From the IMG/VR virus record IMGVR_UViG_3300042445_002545: DNA of 64,000 nt. One strand, given 5' to 3'. Each line of letters starts with the position of its first letter. Positions within the stretch are counted from its first letter, which is position 1. The DNA is from an uncultured virus (IMG/VR IMGVR_UViG_3300042445_002545) (taxonomy: Duplodnaviria; Heunggongvirae; Uroviricota; Caudoviricetes). Both the position numbers and the translations under genes were made by a program. The notes beneath the pieces were generated by a model. That model saw only the letters and a list, made by a program, of their open reading frames with translations, did no database searches and had not been told where the DNA came from. Positions 23,047-33,900 of the stretch are shown here, in pieces.

Positions 23047-24575
23047 CCATCGTTACCCAATACACCACTAATTATTCTATGGAATATTAAATCAGGATAT
23101 CTTCTGATTGGGCTAGTTGTATGCATATAAAACTTAACACCTAAACCATAATGTCCTATATTTTTAGTTTGATAATTAGCTTTGGTCATGCATCTAACTA
23201 CTAAATTATTAATTATATTTTCTTCTGGTGTATCTTTAACTTCCTTAAGTAACCCATTTAGTTTATCCTTAATCTTATTATCATCAGATAAGTCTAATTT
23301 ATAACCAATCAATTCTATAAATGTTTTTAGTGATTCTAATCTAGTTGGGTCTGGTTCATCATGTGTTCTATGCAATGTCACAACACCTTTTTTTGTTACG
23401 TATTCACAAACTTGTCTGTTTGTTAAAACCATAAATTCCTCAATCAACCAATTTGATTCTTTTTGCTCAGTAAAATAAACGCCAAGTGGGTTTCCATTTA
23501 AATCTAAATCAAACTTAACTTCAGAACCTCTAAATTTTAATGAATTTTTATCACTTCTAATTTTTCTTATTTTACTTGCGTATCGATTCAAATCTAATAT
23601 AGCTCTTTTTAACTCTTTATTATAGATGTCACCACCTTCAATTACTTTTTGAACTTCAGTATATGTTAATCGGTAATTTGAATTGATTATACCACGACAA
23701 AACTTTTCTTTAATTACTTTACCATTTTGGTCAAGTGTGAATATAAATGAATAAACTAATTTATCAGTATGTGGGTTAAGTGAGCAAAGATTATTACTTA
23801 ATTTTTCTGGTAACATCGGTACAACTCTATCAACTAAATAAACCGATGTACCACGTTTATATGCCTCATCATCTATAGCTGTATTTGGTTTTACATAATA
23901 AGATACATCCGCAATATGAACAGCAACTTCAATATTACCATCAACCCATTGTACTGATAAGGCATCATCTAAATCTTTAGCTGTTTCACCATCAATAGTA
24001 AAAGTTAATATGTCACGCATATCTAATCTTTTAGCTATTTCTTTTTCTGAAATAACATCTGATATTAATTCAGACTCATTAATTACATTTTGTTTAAATT
24101 CATATGGTAGATTATATTCTTCCAATATACTATGAATTTCAACATCATTATTACCTGATTGACCTAATACTCTAATTACTTCACCATTAGGGTTTTTCTG
24201 ATTATCACCCCAAGTTGTCATTTTCACAACAACCTTTTCACCATTAGATGCACCCATTGTTTTATTTAATGGGATGAATATATCAATATTCATTCGTTTA
24301 TTATCTGGTATTAGAAAAGCATGCTTTAATGATATTTGCATAGTACCAACGAACTCAGTCTTGAATCGTTCTACAATCTCAATTACCTTACCTTCAAATT
24401 GACCATTATCAGTTTTGGTTAATTCAACTTTAACTATATCTAAATGCAATGCTTTGTTTACACTACCTTTATTGATATGTATACCCTTTTTTATATCTTG
24501 GTTTGTAACATAACCTGAACCGAATCCCGTAAGACCAATTTCACCAGTTACAATATCTCCTTTTTTAAACATCAA
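23034..24575 (-). CDS. rnr: RNase R N-terminal part (cold-shock domains plus RNB catalytic domain)
   Basis: TIDGETAKDLDDALS, HIADVS, RGTSVYL, PMLPEKLSNNLCSL, HTTSPIRRYPDL. Confidence 0.92.
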   Translation of the reverse strand: MMFKKGDIVTGEIGLTGFGSGYVTNQDIKKGIHINKGSVNKALHLDIVKVELTKTDNGQFEGKVIEIVERFKTEFVGTMQISLKHAFLIPDNKRMNIDIFIPLNKTMGASNGEKVVVKMTTWGDNQKNPNGEVIRVLGQSGNNDVEIHSILEEYNLPYEFKQNVINESELISDVISEKEIAKRLDMRDILTFTIDGETAKDLDDALSVQWVDGNIEVAVHIADVSYYVKPNTAIDDEAYKRGTSVYLVDRVVPMLPEKLSNNLCSLNPHTDKLVYSFIFTLDQNGKVIKEKFCRGIINSNYRLTYTEVQKVIEGGDIYNKELKRAILDLNRYASKIRKIRSDKNSLKFRGSEVKFDLDLNGNPLGVYFTEQKESNWLIEEFMVLTNRQVCEYVTKKGVVTLHRTHDEPDPTRLESLKTFIELIGYKLDLSDDNKIKDKLNGLLKEVKDTPEENIINNLVVRCMTKANYQTKNIGHYGLGVKFYMHTTSPIRRYPDLIFHRIISGVLGNDGYVG

Positions 24576-24610
24576 TTTTTATTTTTTTACAAATATACCA
24601 ACAATAAATG

Positions 24611-24636
24611 AAAAAAGCCACACTAGGTGGCTTTTT
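24611..24636. terminator. Intrinsic terminator
   Basis: AAAAAAGCCAC-ACTAG-GTGGCTTTTT hairpin with A/T tails. Confidence 0.75.
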
Positions 24637-24638
24637 AT

Positions 24639-25238
24639 TTAAATTATATCAGTACTTTCTAGTAACGTATATGAGAATTTGTTTCCATGAATTTTTGCAG
24701 CTTTCTTACATATTTTCATAAATTCATCAAAATCTTTTACTCGTTTAAACACTTGACAACCTTCGCTCCAATTTTCTACCCATGTTGAATCTTGACCAGC
24801 TTTATGAATGTTAATCCCAAACATACCTGTATCAACTATAGCTTCAGAGAATACATTATTCTTATCACCATCACGATAAACCTTTACGTTACCATTTCTT
24901 TGACAAAGTGCTTCGTATTTACCTTGATGTTTATCAATTGTCCAAACAGAACGATATTGTCCAGGTACTAACCTAGCAACACCTTTAGAATTATGGAATT
25001 GTTCAACCCCTTTTTTACCTGGGTCTGTTGTATTATTCCAGATATAGAATTTCCAAACACCATTTTCTTTAAAAGATAGTGTAATGAAATCATCAAATAC
25101 ATTTGTTACCTTATCAGCAACAGATGGTGCATTATTTCTTACCCCTACGATGTTTACATCATAGTCTTTAGCTCCTTCAAACCAAGTATAACCTTTAGAT
25201 TTGACAGCCTTTTCAATTTGTTCTTTAGTATAGCTCAT
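24639..25238 (-). CDS. Putative L,D-transpeptidase/YkuD-like cell-wall enzyme
   Basis: INIHKAG...WSEGCQV His/Cys motif; next to lysozyme. Confidence 0.55.
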   Translation of the reverse strand: MSYTKEQIEKAVKSKGYTWFEGAKDYDVNIVGVRNNAPSVADKVTNVFDDFITLSFKENGVWKFYIWNNTTDPGKKGVEQFHNSKGVARLVPGQYRSVWTIDKHQGKYEALCQRNGNVKVYRDGDKNNVFSEAIVDTGMFGINIHKAGQDSTWVENWSEGCQVFKRVKDFDEFMKICKKAAKIHGNKFSYTLLESTDII

Positions 25239-25245
25239 TTTTTTA

Positions 25246-25704
25246 TTATTTATTAAAGTATAATTTAACTTCAGCTTCTCTTCTTCTAACTAAACCTTTA
25301 AGTGTTTTACCACCAGCTTTAGTCCATTTCATAAATTCAGCTTCAATCGTTATGTCATTTGGGTTTGTATTAACTTTTTTAAGAAGTGTACTAGATTTCA
25401 AATTAGATGGTCCTAGATTATAACAAAATGAAACTAATGCATCAAATTGACTTTGAGTAACCGTATCAATACAATATGAATCAACATATTGCTCAAACTT
25501 AATCAACATGCTTTTTAATAACTCAATAGCTTTTTCTTCTGTGATTGGTGAATCTTTCATTGTAACTTTTTTACCGTTTGGGTAAAATGTGGCACCATAT
25601 CCAATTGTTGGAATTTTTGCTGGACATAAATAAGGTTTTGAACTAAAGCCTTCGAATGATTTAATTAAATCAATACCTTTACTTGTAATCTTTGTAACTT
25701 TCAT
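25246..25704 (-). CDS. Phage lysozyme (GH24 endolysin)
   Basis: LIKSFEG, PTIGYG, QFDALVSFCYNLG, GLVRRREAE. Confidence 0.93.
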   Translation of the reverse strand: MKVTKITSKGIDLIKSFEGFSSKPYLCPAKIPTIGYGATFYPNGKKVTMKDSPITEEKAIELLKSMLIKFEQYVDSYCIDTVTQSQFDALVSFCYNLGPSNLKSSTLLKKVNTNPNDITIEAEFMKWTKAGGKTLKGLVRRREAEVKLYFNK

Positions 25705-25765
25705 TTTAAGCGTTTATTATAAATATTACTTAAAATGAAAAAGGGAACCTATTGGCTCCATTTTT

Positions 25766-26380
25766 TTACTTTGTTGCATCCGTTATATGATGAACAATTA
25801 CTTTTATTTTTTGTTTACTGGCCCAGTCTTGGAATACTGGTAAATGGTCATCCCTATCTTCCCAGATTTCAATTTCTTCTAGGCTTGGGTTGTTATTAAC
25901 TAATTTATTCAATACTTCTATTTTAAAGTCAGCAGTATCTAAATTACCAGTTTTATAGATATAATCGTTAAACTTTAATCCCTTACTGTTTAATATATCA
26001 GTAACCAATTTACCAACACCAGCATGTCTACCAGTTAATAATAATACCATAGTATCTGGTCTACTAGATTGTTCTTTATAAGCTGATAATGTTTTTGGTA
26101 TTGGGTTATTATCAAAAATATTTCGTTTAAGACCAATTTCCTTTAAACCTGGTGCTAATTTAGTGTCTTTTTGAAAATAAATTCTACTATCTAGACTTTC
26201 AGGTCTACCCCACCAACCTTTAAATGGCCATTCAAATCCAAATTCTTTTTGCCACAAAGGTTTACCACTTTCTGGTGTATCAGTATCAATTAATGTTCCG
26301 TCAAAATCAAATATAGCTACTCGTTTGATAGTTTCATCAATAACACCTTCCCTTAATATCATTCTAATTTTATCTTTCAT
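25766..26380 (-). CDS. HAD-family phosphatase (RNA-repair HAD-like)
   Basis: FDFDGTL, LLTGR, K, IWEDR. Confidence 0.75.
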   Translation of the reverse strand: MKDKIRMILREGVIDETIKRVAIFDFDGTLIDTDTPESGKPLWQKEFGFEWPFKGWWGRPESLDSRIYFQKDTKLAPGLKEIGLKRNIFDNNPIPKTLSAYKEQSSRPDTMVLLLTGRHAGVGKLVTDILNSKGLKFNDYIYKTGNLDTADFKIEVLNKLVNNNPSLEEIEIWEDRDDHLPVFQDWASKQKIKVIVHHITDATK

Positions 26381-26403
26381 TTTACAAATATACAAATAAA
26401 TAT

Positions 26404-26973
26404 TTAATTTTCAAAAGGATACTCCTTTTTTGTTCCATCAGCCATTGAATAAACCACTTTAGTTACAACAACCTCAACTGGTTCAATGTCTTTAAATTTA
26501 TCAACATATTTATCAATTTTATCTGGTTTGATATAGGCAATCGTTGCGTGTGGGTGGTAATCTGGGTATGATGTGGTATGTGGGAATTTAGTAAACTTTT
26601 TATTTTCACTATGTAAATCTTCACTTTCCACGTCAAATTTTAATACACCAAATTTTGGATTATTAAATGATGATACTTTTTGCATCTTCAATTCTGGTTT
26701 TTTTAAACCATTAATAACCTTTTCAATATCTTCTAATGGTATATCACTATGTAATCCATATAACACTGTAACATGTGGTTCAGTTTCAAACCCATATCCT
26801 CTATCACCATCTTCACCAAGATATAAATCATCTTTATCAATCATTGATTCAAGATTATCCCAATCTTCTTTATTCACATCTAAAAATACCATAACACAAC
26901 CGTATTCAAACTTATCGCTGTGTTTACCTTCATTTAATTTTTTTCTAAATATACTTTTAATAAAATCTTTCAT
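26404..26973 (-). CDS. 2H phosphoesterase (LigT / Acb1-like)
   Basis: Two HxT motifs, PHVTV and PHATI. Confidence 0.8.
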   Translation of the reverse strand: MKDFIKSIFRKKLNEGKHSDKFEYGCVMVFLDVNKEDWDNLESMIDKDDLYLGEDGDRGYGFETEPHVTVLYGLHSDIPLEDIEKVINGLKKPELKMQKVSSFNNPKFGVLKFDVESEDLHSENKKFTKFPHTTSYPDYHPHATIAYIKPDKIDKYVDKFKDIEPVEVVVTKVVYSMADGTKKEYPFEN

Positions 26974-27322
26974 ATTAATAATAATACTATTAATGAACCA
27001 ACTATTAACCCCCAAATAAAACTATTGAAATTTGATTTAGTTTTTGGTTTTGATTCTTTGTTTGTTATTAGTGCACCAGAAATCCTTTTTGTAGCACTAC
27101 CTATTAGTTTCATATCAATAGGTCCGTGAGCATTTATTGTTTGTCTTAAAGCACCTTTTATTCTATTTCGCTCAACTACTCTTTCTTTATTTAACTTCTC
27201 AATAGATTTAATATTAATGTCCTCATATTTCATGAAGACATTAATAATTTCATCGCTAGTAATTGTTTTATTTTTTAATAATTCCTGAACTTCAAGGTCA
27301 ATTTTTTTTACTCTCCTACTCA

Positions 27323-28909
27323 TTAGTTTAAGGTTGTAAATTCTCCATTTATGAAGTTTATGTGTTGAGCTCTACCGTCTGTATGTATTATAATATGTGA
27401 TTGTAACCATGTACTTGCACCTTTATTATAACCAACTCTTAATTTAGTTGATGTTCCAACTGCGATTGCACCATCTTTTCTACCTGGACTATGATAATGA
27501 CCAACAACAATTTTAGTATTCAATCTACGGAATTGTAATAATGAACCACGACTACCATTAGAACCGATATCACCATGTTGTCCAAGTTCCCAATCCTTAA
27601 CTCTATAAGATTCACTTCTACCTAACGTTTTAAATTTAGGGAATCTCTCATTTATAATTGATGGGATAACACCTTTAACACTATATGGGTCTCTACCATA
27701 CTGCTCAAGTAATAAGTCACTATATCGCATATATAATCTTGAGTTCTTGAAAGTTGGTTGTTTCTTCCAGTCTTCATTCTTCAACCATCGGTCTAAGAAA
27801 TCATCATGGTTACTTCTAACAACTACAACATTATCATATTTTTCAAATGCTTGTAACCCAGTTAACATATTTTCAACCTCTTTTTCCAAATCATTAGTAC
27901 CAGCAATTTCTTTACCGTATTGAATAAATGGGTCTTTCATTTCGTGATGTGATATTGAATTACCATCAAATACATCATGTAAAATAACATGTTTAGGTAC
28001 TAGTTTATCCATTAGTACCATAGTTGAATCAAGTACTACTTGGTCATGATGACCATAGTGAATATCACCCAATACTATAGCTGAAACTTTATCCAATTCT
28101 TTAATTAACCCATTTTCAACTCTAAAGTATAAATCACTAAAGTTACCAGTTTTGTCATCAGCAGTTACTTGTCTAGTAAAGAAAATTTCATCATCTTTTA
28201 TTTCAACAATAACAAACCCAAAGGTATGGTGGAAATCACCAGTTTTACCAGCTTTAGAGTCAGTATAGTTCTTTTTAGTAATAGAACCAGTAGTTAGCAT
28301 CATTTTTGGTCTACAACCTTCTAAAACTGGTATCATTTCTAATTGTACTTTTGGACTACCAAAGACACATGAATTAACACCACTCAAAGCCTGTAAACCA
28401 GTCATTGGATTTACCGCTGTTGGTTGAATTTTAATATCTGATAATATTGATACAAACTCATGGATATCATGTCTATTAGCATCTAAATACTTAATGACTT
28501 TACTGTCCCAATTTTCCTCTTGTTCTTGGTTTTGTGACCATATTGATGTTGGATTTTTATATCTACCAGCAATAACGTGAATATCAGCGTTGATATAATC
28601 AGCATATGCTTCAATATTCTTAAGGAATCCAGAATGTACTGGAGTGTTATTTTGAGCCCATGTGATGATAAATCTTTTTTTGTTTTCATCATGTACTCTA
28701 GCTTTGGCTTTTACATACTGTTCTGGTTCAATATCAACCTTTTCTTTTAATGATAATCTTTCAGAACACCATTTACGTATTGTTCGTTCACTAACACCGA
28801 ATTCATCACCAAGCATTGCTGCTCGTTTTTCCCATGATGTGGAGTCTTTGTCATTGTAAACTTCACGTATACGGTCCTTCTGACTTTCAGTTAAATTTTT
28901 AAATTTCAT
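27323..28909 (-). CDS. HTH plus metallophosphoesterase-fold protein, resembling the T5 A1 family
   Basis: N-terminal HTH (FGVSERTIRKW), ITWAQNNT, GDIH, HD, SNHD, QHGD, GHYHS. Confidence 0.6.
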   Translation of the reverse strand: MKFKNLTESQKDRIREVYNDKDSTSWEKRAAMLGDEFGVSERTIRKWCSERLSLKEKVDIEPEQYVKAKARVHDENKKRFIITWAQNNTPVHSGFLKNIEAYADYINADIHVIAGRYKNPTSIWSQNQEQEENWDSKVIKYLDANRHDIHEFVSILSDIKIQPTAVNPMTGLQALSGVNSCVFGSPKVQLEMIPVLEGCRPKMMLTTGSITKKNYTDSKAGKTGDFHHTFGFVIVEIKDDEIFFTRQVTADDKTGNFSDLYFRVENGLIKELDKVSAIVLGDIHYGHHDQVVLDSTMVLMDKLVPKHVILHDVFDGNSISHHEMKDPFIQYGKEIAGTNDLEKEVENMLTGLQAFEKYDNVVVVRSNHDDFLDRWLKNEDWKKQPTFKNSRLYMRYSDLLLEQYGRDPYSVKGVIPSIINERFPKFKTLGRSESYRVKDWELGQHGDIGSNGSRGSLLQFRRLNTKIVVGHYHSPGRKDGAIAVGTSTKLRVGYNKGASTWLQSHIIIHTDGRAQHINFINGEFTTLN

Positions 28910-28914
28910 AATTT

Positions 28915-29502
28915 TTAATTAAAACTATTGTTATAATGCTGAAGTAGTTTAGAAAGCTTTAATTTAGCTTTAAGTAAGTTAGTTTTTGATGTACTAACAT
29001 TAATACCGAGTTTATCAGCAATTTCATTGTGACTATAATTTTCAATATAGTATAATTGGAATACTTTTTTTTGTTTTGGACTTAGGTTTGATATCGCAAC
29101 ATTTATATCGTTAGACATAATTTCTTCAAAATTATCAATTACATCTGTATTTATAAAATATGAATTGAGGTTATTCAATTTATCTTCAGAAATATCAGTG
29201 GTATCTCGTCTTTTTCGTATAGAATCTATAACACTATTTTTACTAACCATCTTAACCCATGCGGAAAATTGTGCTGGTGATTTACCTTTAAATGTGTCTA
29301 ACTTATTCATTAACTTTAAGAATATATCTTGCGTTAAATCTTCAGCTTCATGTAAATTACTAATATATTTTTTACAAACATTTAAAACAGTGTAATAGTA
29401 TTTTATATATAATGCCGATTGGTAAGATTTATCATTATTTTTACAACCATCTATGATTTCAAAAATATCAGTTTTGTTATTAACAAGTAATTCTCGAACC
29501 AT
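28915..29502 (-). CDS. ECF-type sigma factor
   Basis: AEDLTQDIFLK, FSAW, region 4 LSPKQKKVF..YSHNEIADKLGI. Confidence 0.9.
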   Translation of the reverse strand: MVRELLVNNKTDIFEIIDGCKNNDKSYQSALYIKYYYTVLNVCKKYISNLHEAEDLTQDIFLKLMNKLDTFKGKSPAQFSAWVKMVSKNSVIDSIRKRRDTTDISEDKLNNLNSYFINTDVIDNFEEIMSNDINVAISNLSPKQKKVFQLYYIENYSHNEIADKLGINVSTSKTNLLKAKLKLSKLLQHYNNSFN

Positions 29503-29956
29503 ATATGTCTTTTAACATTTCACAAGCTTCTTCTTCTGTTTGTGGGTTTCTTTTAATAACACTTAGTGCTGCGCTTAATATTGAACACGCTGATTTAAGA
29601 CCAGCTCTATCATCTAAGAATATATTATAAAATAATTTACCACTACCACCATGTAATTCAATTATGTTTTCATTTATTGTATCAAATGGTATATTGTTTG
29701 AATTTAAATATTCACCCATTTCACCATATCTACTGACTGGTGAGCAACTATATACTATAAATTTAGCACCATATTTTTTAGATTCTGTCAATAAATCAAT
29801 AACAAAATCAAACTCATATCCAAGATTATGATAATCAAATACTGTATTATCATAATCATATGCTATGATTAATGATTTATGGTTAACCCATTCTTTAACT
29901 AATCTTTGTATTGCTACTATATCAGCAACATATGGGTCTTTATTTTTATTTCGCAT
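29480..29956 (-). CDS. HAD-like hydrolase
   Basis: YDYDNT, K...FLDDRAG. Confidence 0.7.
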   Translation of the reverse strand: MRNKNKDPYVADIVAIQRLVKEWVNHKSLIIAYDYDNTVFDYHNLGYEFDFVIDLLTESKKYGAKFIVYSCSPVSRYGEMGEYLNSNNIPFDTINENIIELHGGSGKLFYNIFLDDRAGLKSACSILSAALSVIKRNPQTEEEACEMLKDIYGSRITC

Positions 29957-30557
29957 TTTTGATTCTATCTAAATTTTGTATAGTAATAATTTCTTTCACT
30001 TCTTGATATGAGATTGGTCTAAAACCATTTGAATCAACACCAATGTCCATTTGATTTGGTGACAATCTTTTGTCACCATCTAACATACCATGAACATGGC
30101 CAAATAATTGCCATGAACCTCTATGTGATTTATTCCAAGATAACATTGGGTAGTGACATAATATGATATCTTGAAAACCATCTGACACTTCTTCATCTAA
30201 TACCCTGATTTCTAATAAATCATAAATACCAGCATCAAAGTATTCTTTAGCTTCCTTACTACCAAGCACAGCTTTTTCGTGATTACCTTTAATTAATATT
30301 TTATAACCATTCAATCGATTTAATATCATAATAGCATTATTTGAACTACCAAGTGAAAAATCACCATCACAAATAATCAAATCATCTTCAGCTACCACCA
30401 TGTTCCAATTATCAATCAAAGTTTGATTCATCTCTTCAACATCTTCAAATGGTCTTTTACAATATTTGATGATGTTGCTATGATTAAAATGTGTATCAGA
30501 TGTAAACCAAATCTTATTAAATGGTATACTTTTTAAATCAAAATGTGTTCGATTCAT
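29946..30557 (-). CDS. Calcineurin-like phosphoesterase
   Basis: SDTHFNH, GDF, GNHE, CHYP, GHVH, DIGVD. Confidence 0.9.
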   Translation of the reverse strand: MNRTHFDLKSIPFNKIWFTSDTHFNHSNIIKYCKRPFEDVEEMNQTLIDNWNMVVAEDDLIICDGDFSLGSSNNAIMILNRLNGYKILIKGNHEKAVLGSKEAKEYFDAGIYDLLEIRVLDEEVSDGFQDIILCHYPMLSWNKSHRGSWQLFGHVHGMLDGDKRLSPNQMDIGVDSNGFRPISYQEVKEIITIQNLDRIKNAK

Positions 30558-31495
30558 ATTTAAACTTTTTTTACGTAATATACCCAACCATTCTCAGAAT
30601 TATTCTCAAATAAATCAGCAACACTTTGTGCTTTTTCTTCAGTATCAAATTCTAATATCTCATTATGACTATTCACTAAGAATATGTGTTGCGGTTTTCC
30701 ACCTTTTTTTGTTAAAACTTTAACAATAATGTAAGCATCTTTAAATTCACTCATACTAATTTCACTTTTGGTTCAAATTTAACCCAATTTCTATCATACC
30801 ATTTAGATTTATAGTGACCAGGTTCAAATTTAGTTGTGTATAATATAATATCTAATGCTGTTGGTAATTCATCAAATAATATTTGCATATCAACTATTTG
30901 AGATTCTGTTAGTATAATATTTTCATCATTTAATGGGTCGAAGTTCTCTGGTTTACCATTTAATATAGTATTCATATCTTCAAATAAATCATCACCACCG
31001 AATGGTGAATCACCATGTTCTTCATTATCATTACCCCTAGATAATATCTGATTATCTGTAGTCATTGACCATTTTAAATGCTTTATAAGCTTAATGTGGT
31101 CTTCTTTTAATTCAAATTTTATTAATGCCATACTGCAAATATATTATTTATATTTTATAAAAGCACACTTTTCTTGAAAAATATTACAAAAATCTAATTT
31201 TTTCATAGAAAAGTAACTATCACCCACTTTAAAGAAAACAGTTTCACCAAAGAATGATAATTTTTCTGGGTCCCATTTTTCCACAACAGCTAGTGGCATA
31301 TTTTGTTGACCCTCGTTTGCAACTGCAACTAAAACAGATTTACTCATTATTGATTATTTTCTTCGTTTGTTAGTTCATCAAGTTGTTGATGAAGTTTTTT
31401 AACGTATAATTCTAATTGAGGAGTTGTCTGTGCTAACCCCTCATAGAACTTTATAAGATTTTTAATATCTTCAATTAATCTTTCGTTACTATCCA

Positions 31496-31924
31496 TTACG
31501 CAATAGAGTCAGTATTTGTTAGTAAGTCTTTAACCATTTGAGATAATACTTTACCATCATATTGACCAGCAAAATTTTGATTAAAATATGCCATAATTTT
31601 ACCCATATCTTTTGGTGAGTTATACCCTTGTAGACTTCTAAGTAATGAAAATTGAAAATACATATCATCAAAACTCATTTGTTTTGGCATATACTTTTCA
31701 AGTACAGCAACTTCTAATTGGTCACCACCTGTTTCAATAATACCATCAATTGATTTTTTAACTAATTTAACAATATCCGCATCTGATAACTCAATCTTAC
31801 CATTTGAAGATTGCTCACCCCTTTGGATTTCACCTTTTAATACTCTTAAGACTTTTAATGTAATTGTGTCTTTCGCTTTCATTGCAGTAACTAAATCTGC
31901 ACTGATTTGTGATTGTAATCCCAT
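31496..31924 (-). CDS. GatB/YqeY-domain protein
   Basis: AMKAKD...LRVLK, LEKYMPKQMS, KDMGKIM, DGKVLS. Confidence 0.85.
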   Translation of the reverse strand: MGLQSQISADLVTAMKAKDTITLKVLRVLKGEIQRGEQSSNGKIELSDADIVKLVKKSIDGIIETGGDQLEVAVLEKYMPKQMSFDDMYFQFSLLRSLQGYNSPKDMGKIMAYFNQNFAGQYDGKVLSQMVKDLLTNTDSIA

Positions 31925-32774
31925 ATAACTATTTTTTAATTTTTAAATAGTATTGATACCCATTATCGTTATCAATACCGTAAAACATCCATTTAAGTAA
32001 CCCTTGTTTAACTTTTTCAGTTATCTCAGCCCTTTTTACTAAATCACCAAAAGCTTTGTGCCTTTCAAACCTATTGTCAGTTGTTGATTTTCTTTCATCA
32101 ATTTTCTTTTCAATAGGTTTAATTTCAGCTTCAATTTTTTTAGTTGTTTGTTTAACAACAGGTCTAAGTTTTGGTTGCTCTTCAATAGGTTGAATGAGCT
32201 CAGCTTGAACTTTAACTCGTTTTTTTGCCATTATCTAACTAGTTCATTCAACCTAGTTTCTAAAATAAACAATCTTTTATCAATATCTGCAATTGACATT
32301 TCAGTCTCTTTTGACATGTTTATTCCAGCGTTTTCAGCTTTTAATTTAGATTTTTCTCTGTTCAATCTGTCTCCTTCTGAAACGATTGCCTCATACATCA
32401 CTGCTTTCTCCTGATTTGTCATACTTTTCTTTTAATAATTTACCAATGACATTATCTAATATCACCGATTTATCCCAAAAACCTAATTTATGGGCTTCAC
32501 CAATTAATTTAATTAAACCATCTGTTAATAAATCAACATCTAAATTTAACATTTCCACCTCAATTACTTTATCAGTTGGTGCTTCTTGGTTTGGTTTACC
32601 AATTCTTATTTCATTACCATCCCTATCCGAATCGTAATCTAAAAATATTATGTTTTTCATAATTACAAATATACAATTAAAAAAACAAAAAATCAACCCT
32701 TCAGTTGATTAATATTTTATTATAAATATCGTATTTAATATTTGTCTTATATATTTATTTGTAAAATTATAGTT

Positions 32775-32921
32775 ATGGCAAAAGCAACTAAATCTAGTAA
32801 CGCATCATCTTCATTAAGAAAGGTTACTAAAAAGAGACCAGGTATTCATTCGACTTCTAAGTACTCTAAACTTAAAAGTTCTAAACATTATAAAAAATTA
32901 AATAAAGGTCAAGGAAGATAA
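32775..32921 (+). CDS. Small very basic protein (48 aa, MAKATKSS...KKRPGIHS...YKKLNKGQGR); not in the ORF track
   Basis: Translated by hand; TATTTAT motif upstream; its C-terminus is duplicated at 33841-33900. Confidence 0.7.
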   Translation: MAKATKSSNASSSLRKVTKKRPGIHSTSKYSKLKSSKHYKKLNKGQGR

Positions 32922-32987
32922 TTTTTTTCAATTATTAATCTTTTAATAATTTTGTACATATTTATTGTAAAGCAAAAAATTTACAAT

Positions 32988-33143
32988 ATGGAAGAAAAAG
33001 AAAAAAAAGTTTTAATTAATATCAGAATTGAAAAGGATGTAATTAAAAATTATAAAATACATTGTGATAAAAATGGGTATTCATTATCTAAAAGAATAAG
33101 AACACTAATAAATAAAGATTTAGAAAATGGCATACGTTTATAA
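32988..33143 (+). CDS. Small ribbon-helix-helix-like DNA-binding protein
   Basis: LINIRIEK beta strand followed by helices (YSLSKRIRTLI); directly upstream of the endonuclease. Confidence 0.55.
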   Translation: MEEKEKKVLINIRIEKDVIKNYKIHCDKNGYSLSKRIRTLINKDLENGIRL

Positions 33144-33900
33144 ACATATTAGATTAGACACAAATGACGTATTTTACATTGGTGTTGGTTCTGATAAATA
33201 CTATAGTAGAGCAAATTCTAAACATTCAAGAAATAAACATTGGTTAAATGTAGTTAATAAAGTTGGTTACAAAGTTGAAATAATTATAGATAATATCAGT
33301 TTTGATTTAGCTTTGAAGAAAGAAATTGAATTGATATCAGGGTATAAATTAATTTCAGAAGGTGGGTGTTTAGTAAATTATACTAAAGGTGGTCAAGGTC
33401 GATTAGGTTTCACACCATCACATGCAAAAAAAATATTTAGTCAAAATATTTTAACTGAAGAAATAATTGAATTTAATTCAATATTAGAAGCTTCTGAAAC
33501 TTTAAAAATCGCTAGAGCGAATATTTTAGCTGTTTTAAATAATAAAAATAGATATGCTAAAAATTTTATTTTTAATTATGATAAAACAAAATTAAACATT
33601 AATATAAGAAACACTAAAAATAATAATAAAGGTTGGTTACCCGAAACACCAATTTATATCACTAAAATAGATGAATACAAGCCACAATATTTTAAAAGTA
33701 TTTCAGAATGTATTAAAACAACGGTTTTTAATTTTTCTAGTAGTAAATTATCTAGAGTTAAAAATGGTTTACAAAAAAAACATAAAAACCATATAGTAGC
33801 AAATACATTACATGAGTTAAAAGAAAAATTTTTAAACATTACATCTAAAAGTAAAAACTCAAAGAACTATAAGAAAGAATACGCATCTCAAGGTAGGTAA
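33127..33900 (+). CDS. GIY-YIG-like homing endonuclease with NUMOD1-type repeats
   Basis: YVYKH...FYIGVG..R, E..LI, N.TKGG; FNSILEAS and FKSISEC repeats. Confidence 0.8.
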   Translation: MAYVYKHIRLDTNDVFYIGVGSDKYYSRANSKHSRNKHWLNVVNKVGYKVEIIIDNISFDLALKKEIELISGYKLISEGGCLVNYTKGGQGRLGFTPSHAKKIFSQNILTEEIIEFNSILEASETLKIARANILAVLNNKNRYAKNFIFNYDKTKLNINIRNTKNNNKGWLPETPIYITKIDEYKPQYFKSISECIKTTVFNFSSSKLSRVKNGLQKKHKNHIVANTLHELKEKFLNITSKSKNSKNYKKEYASQGR

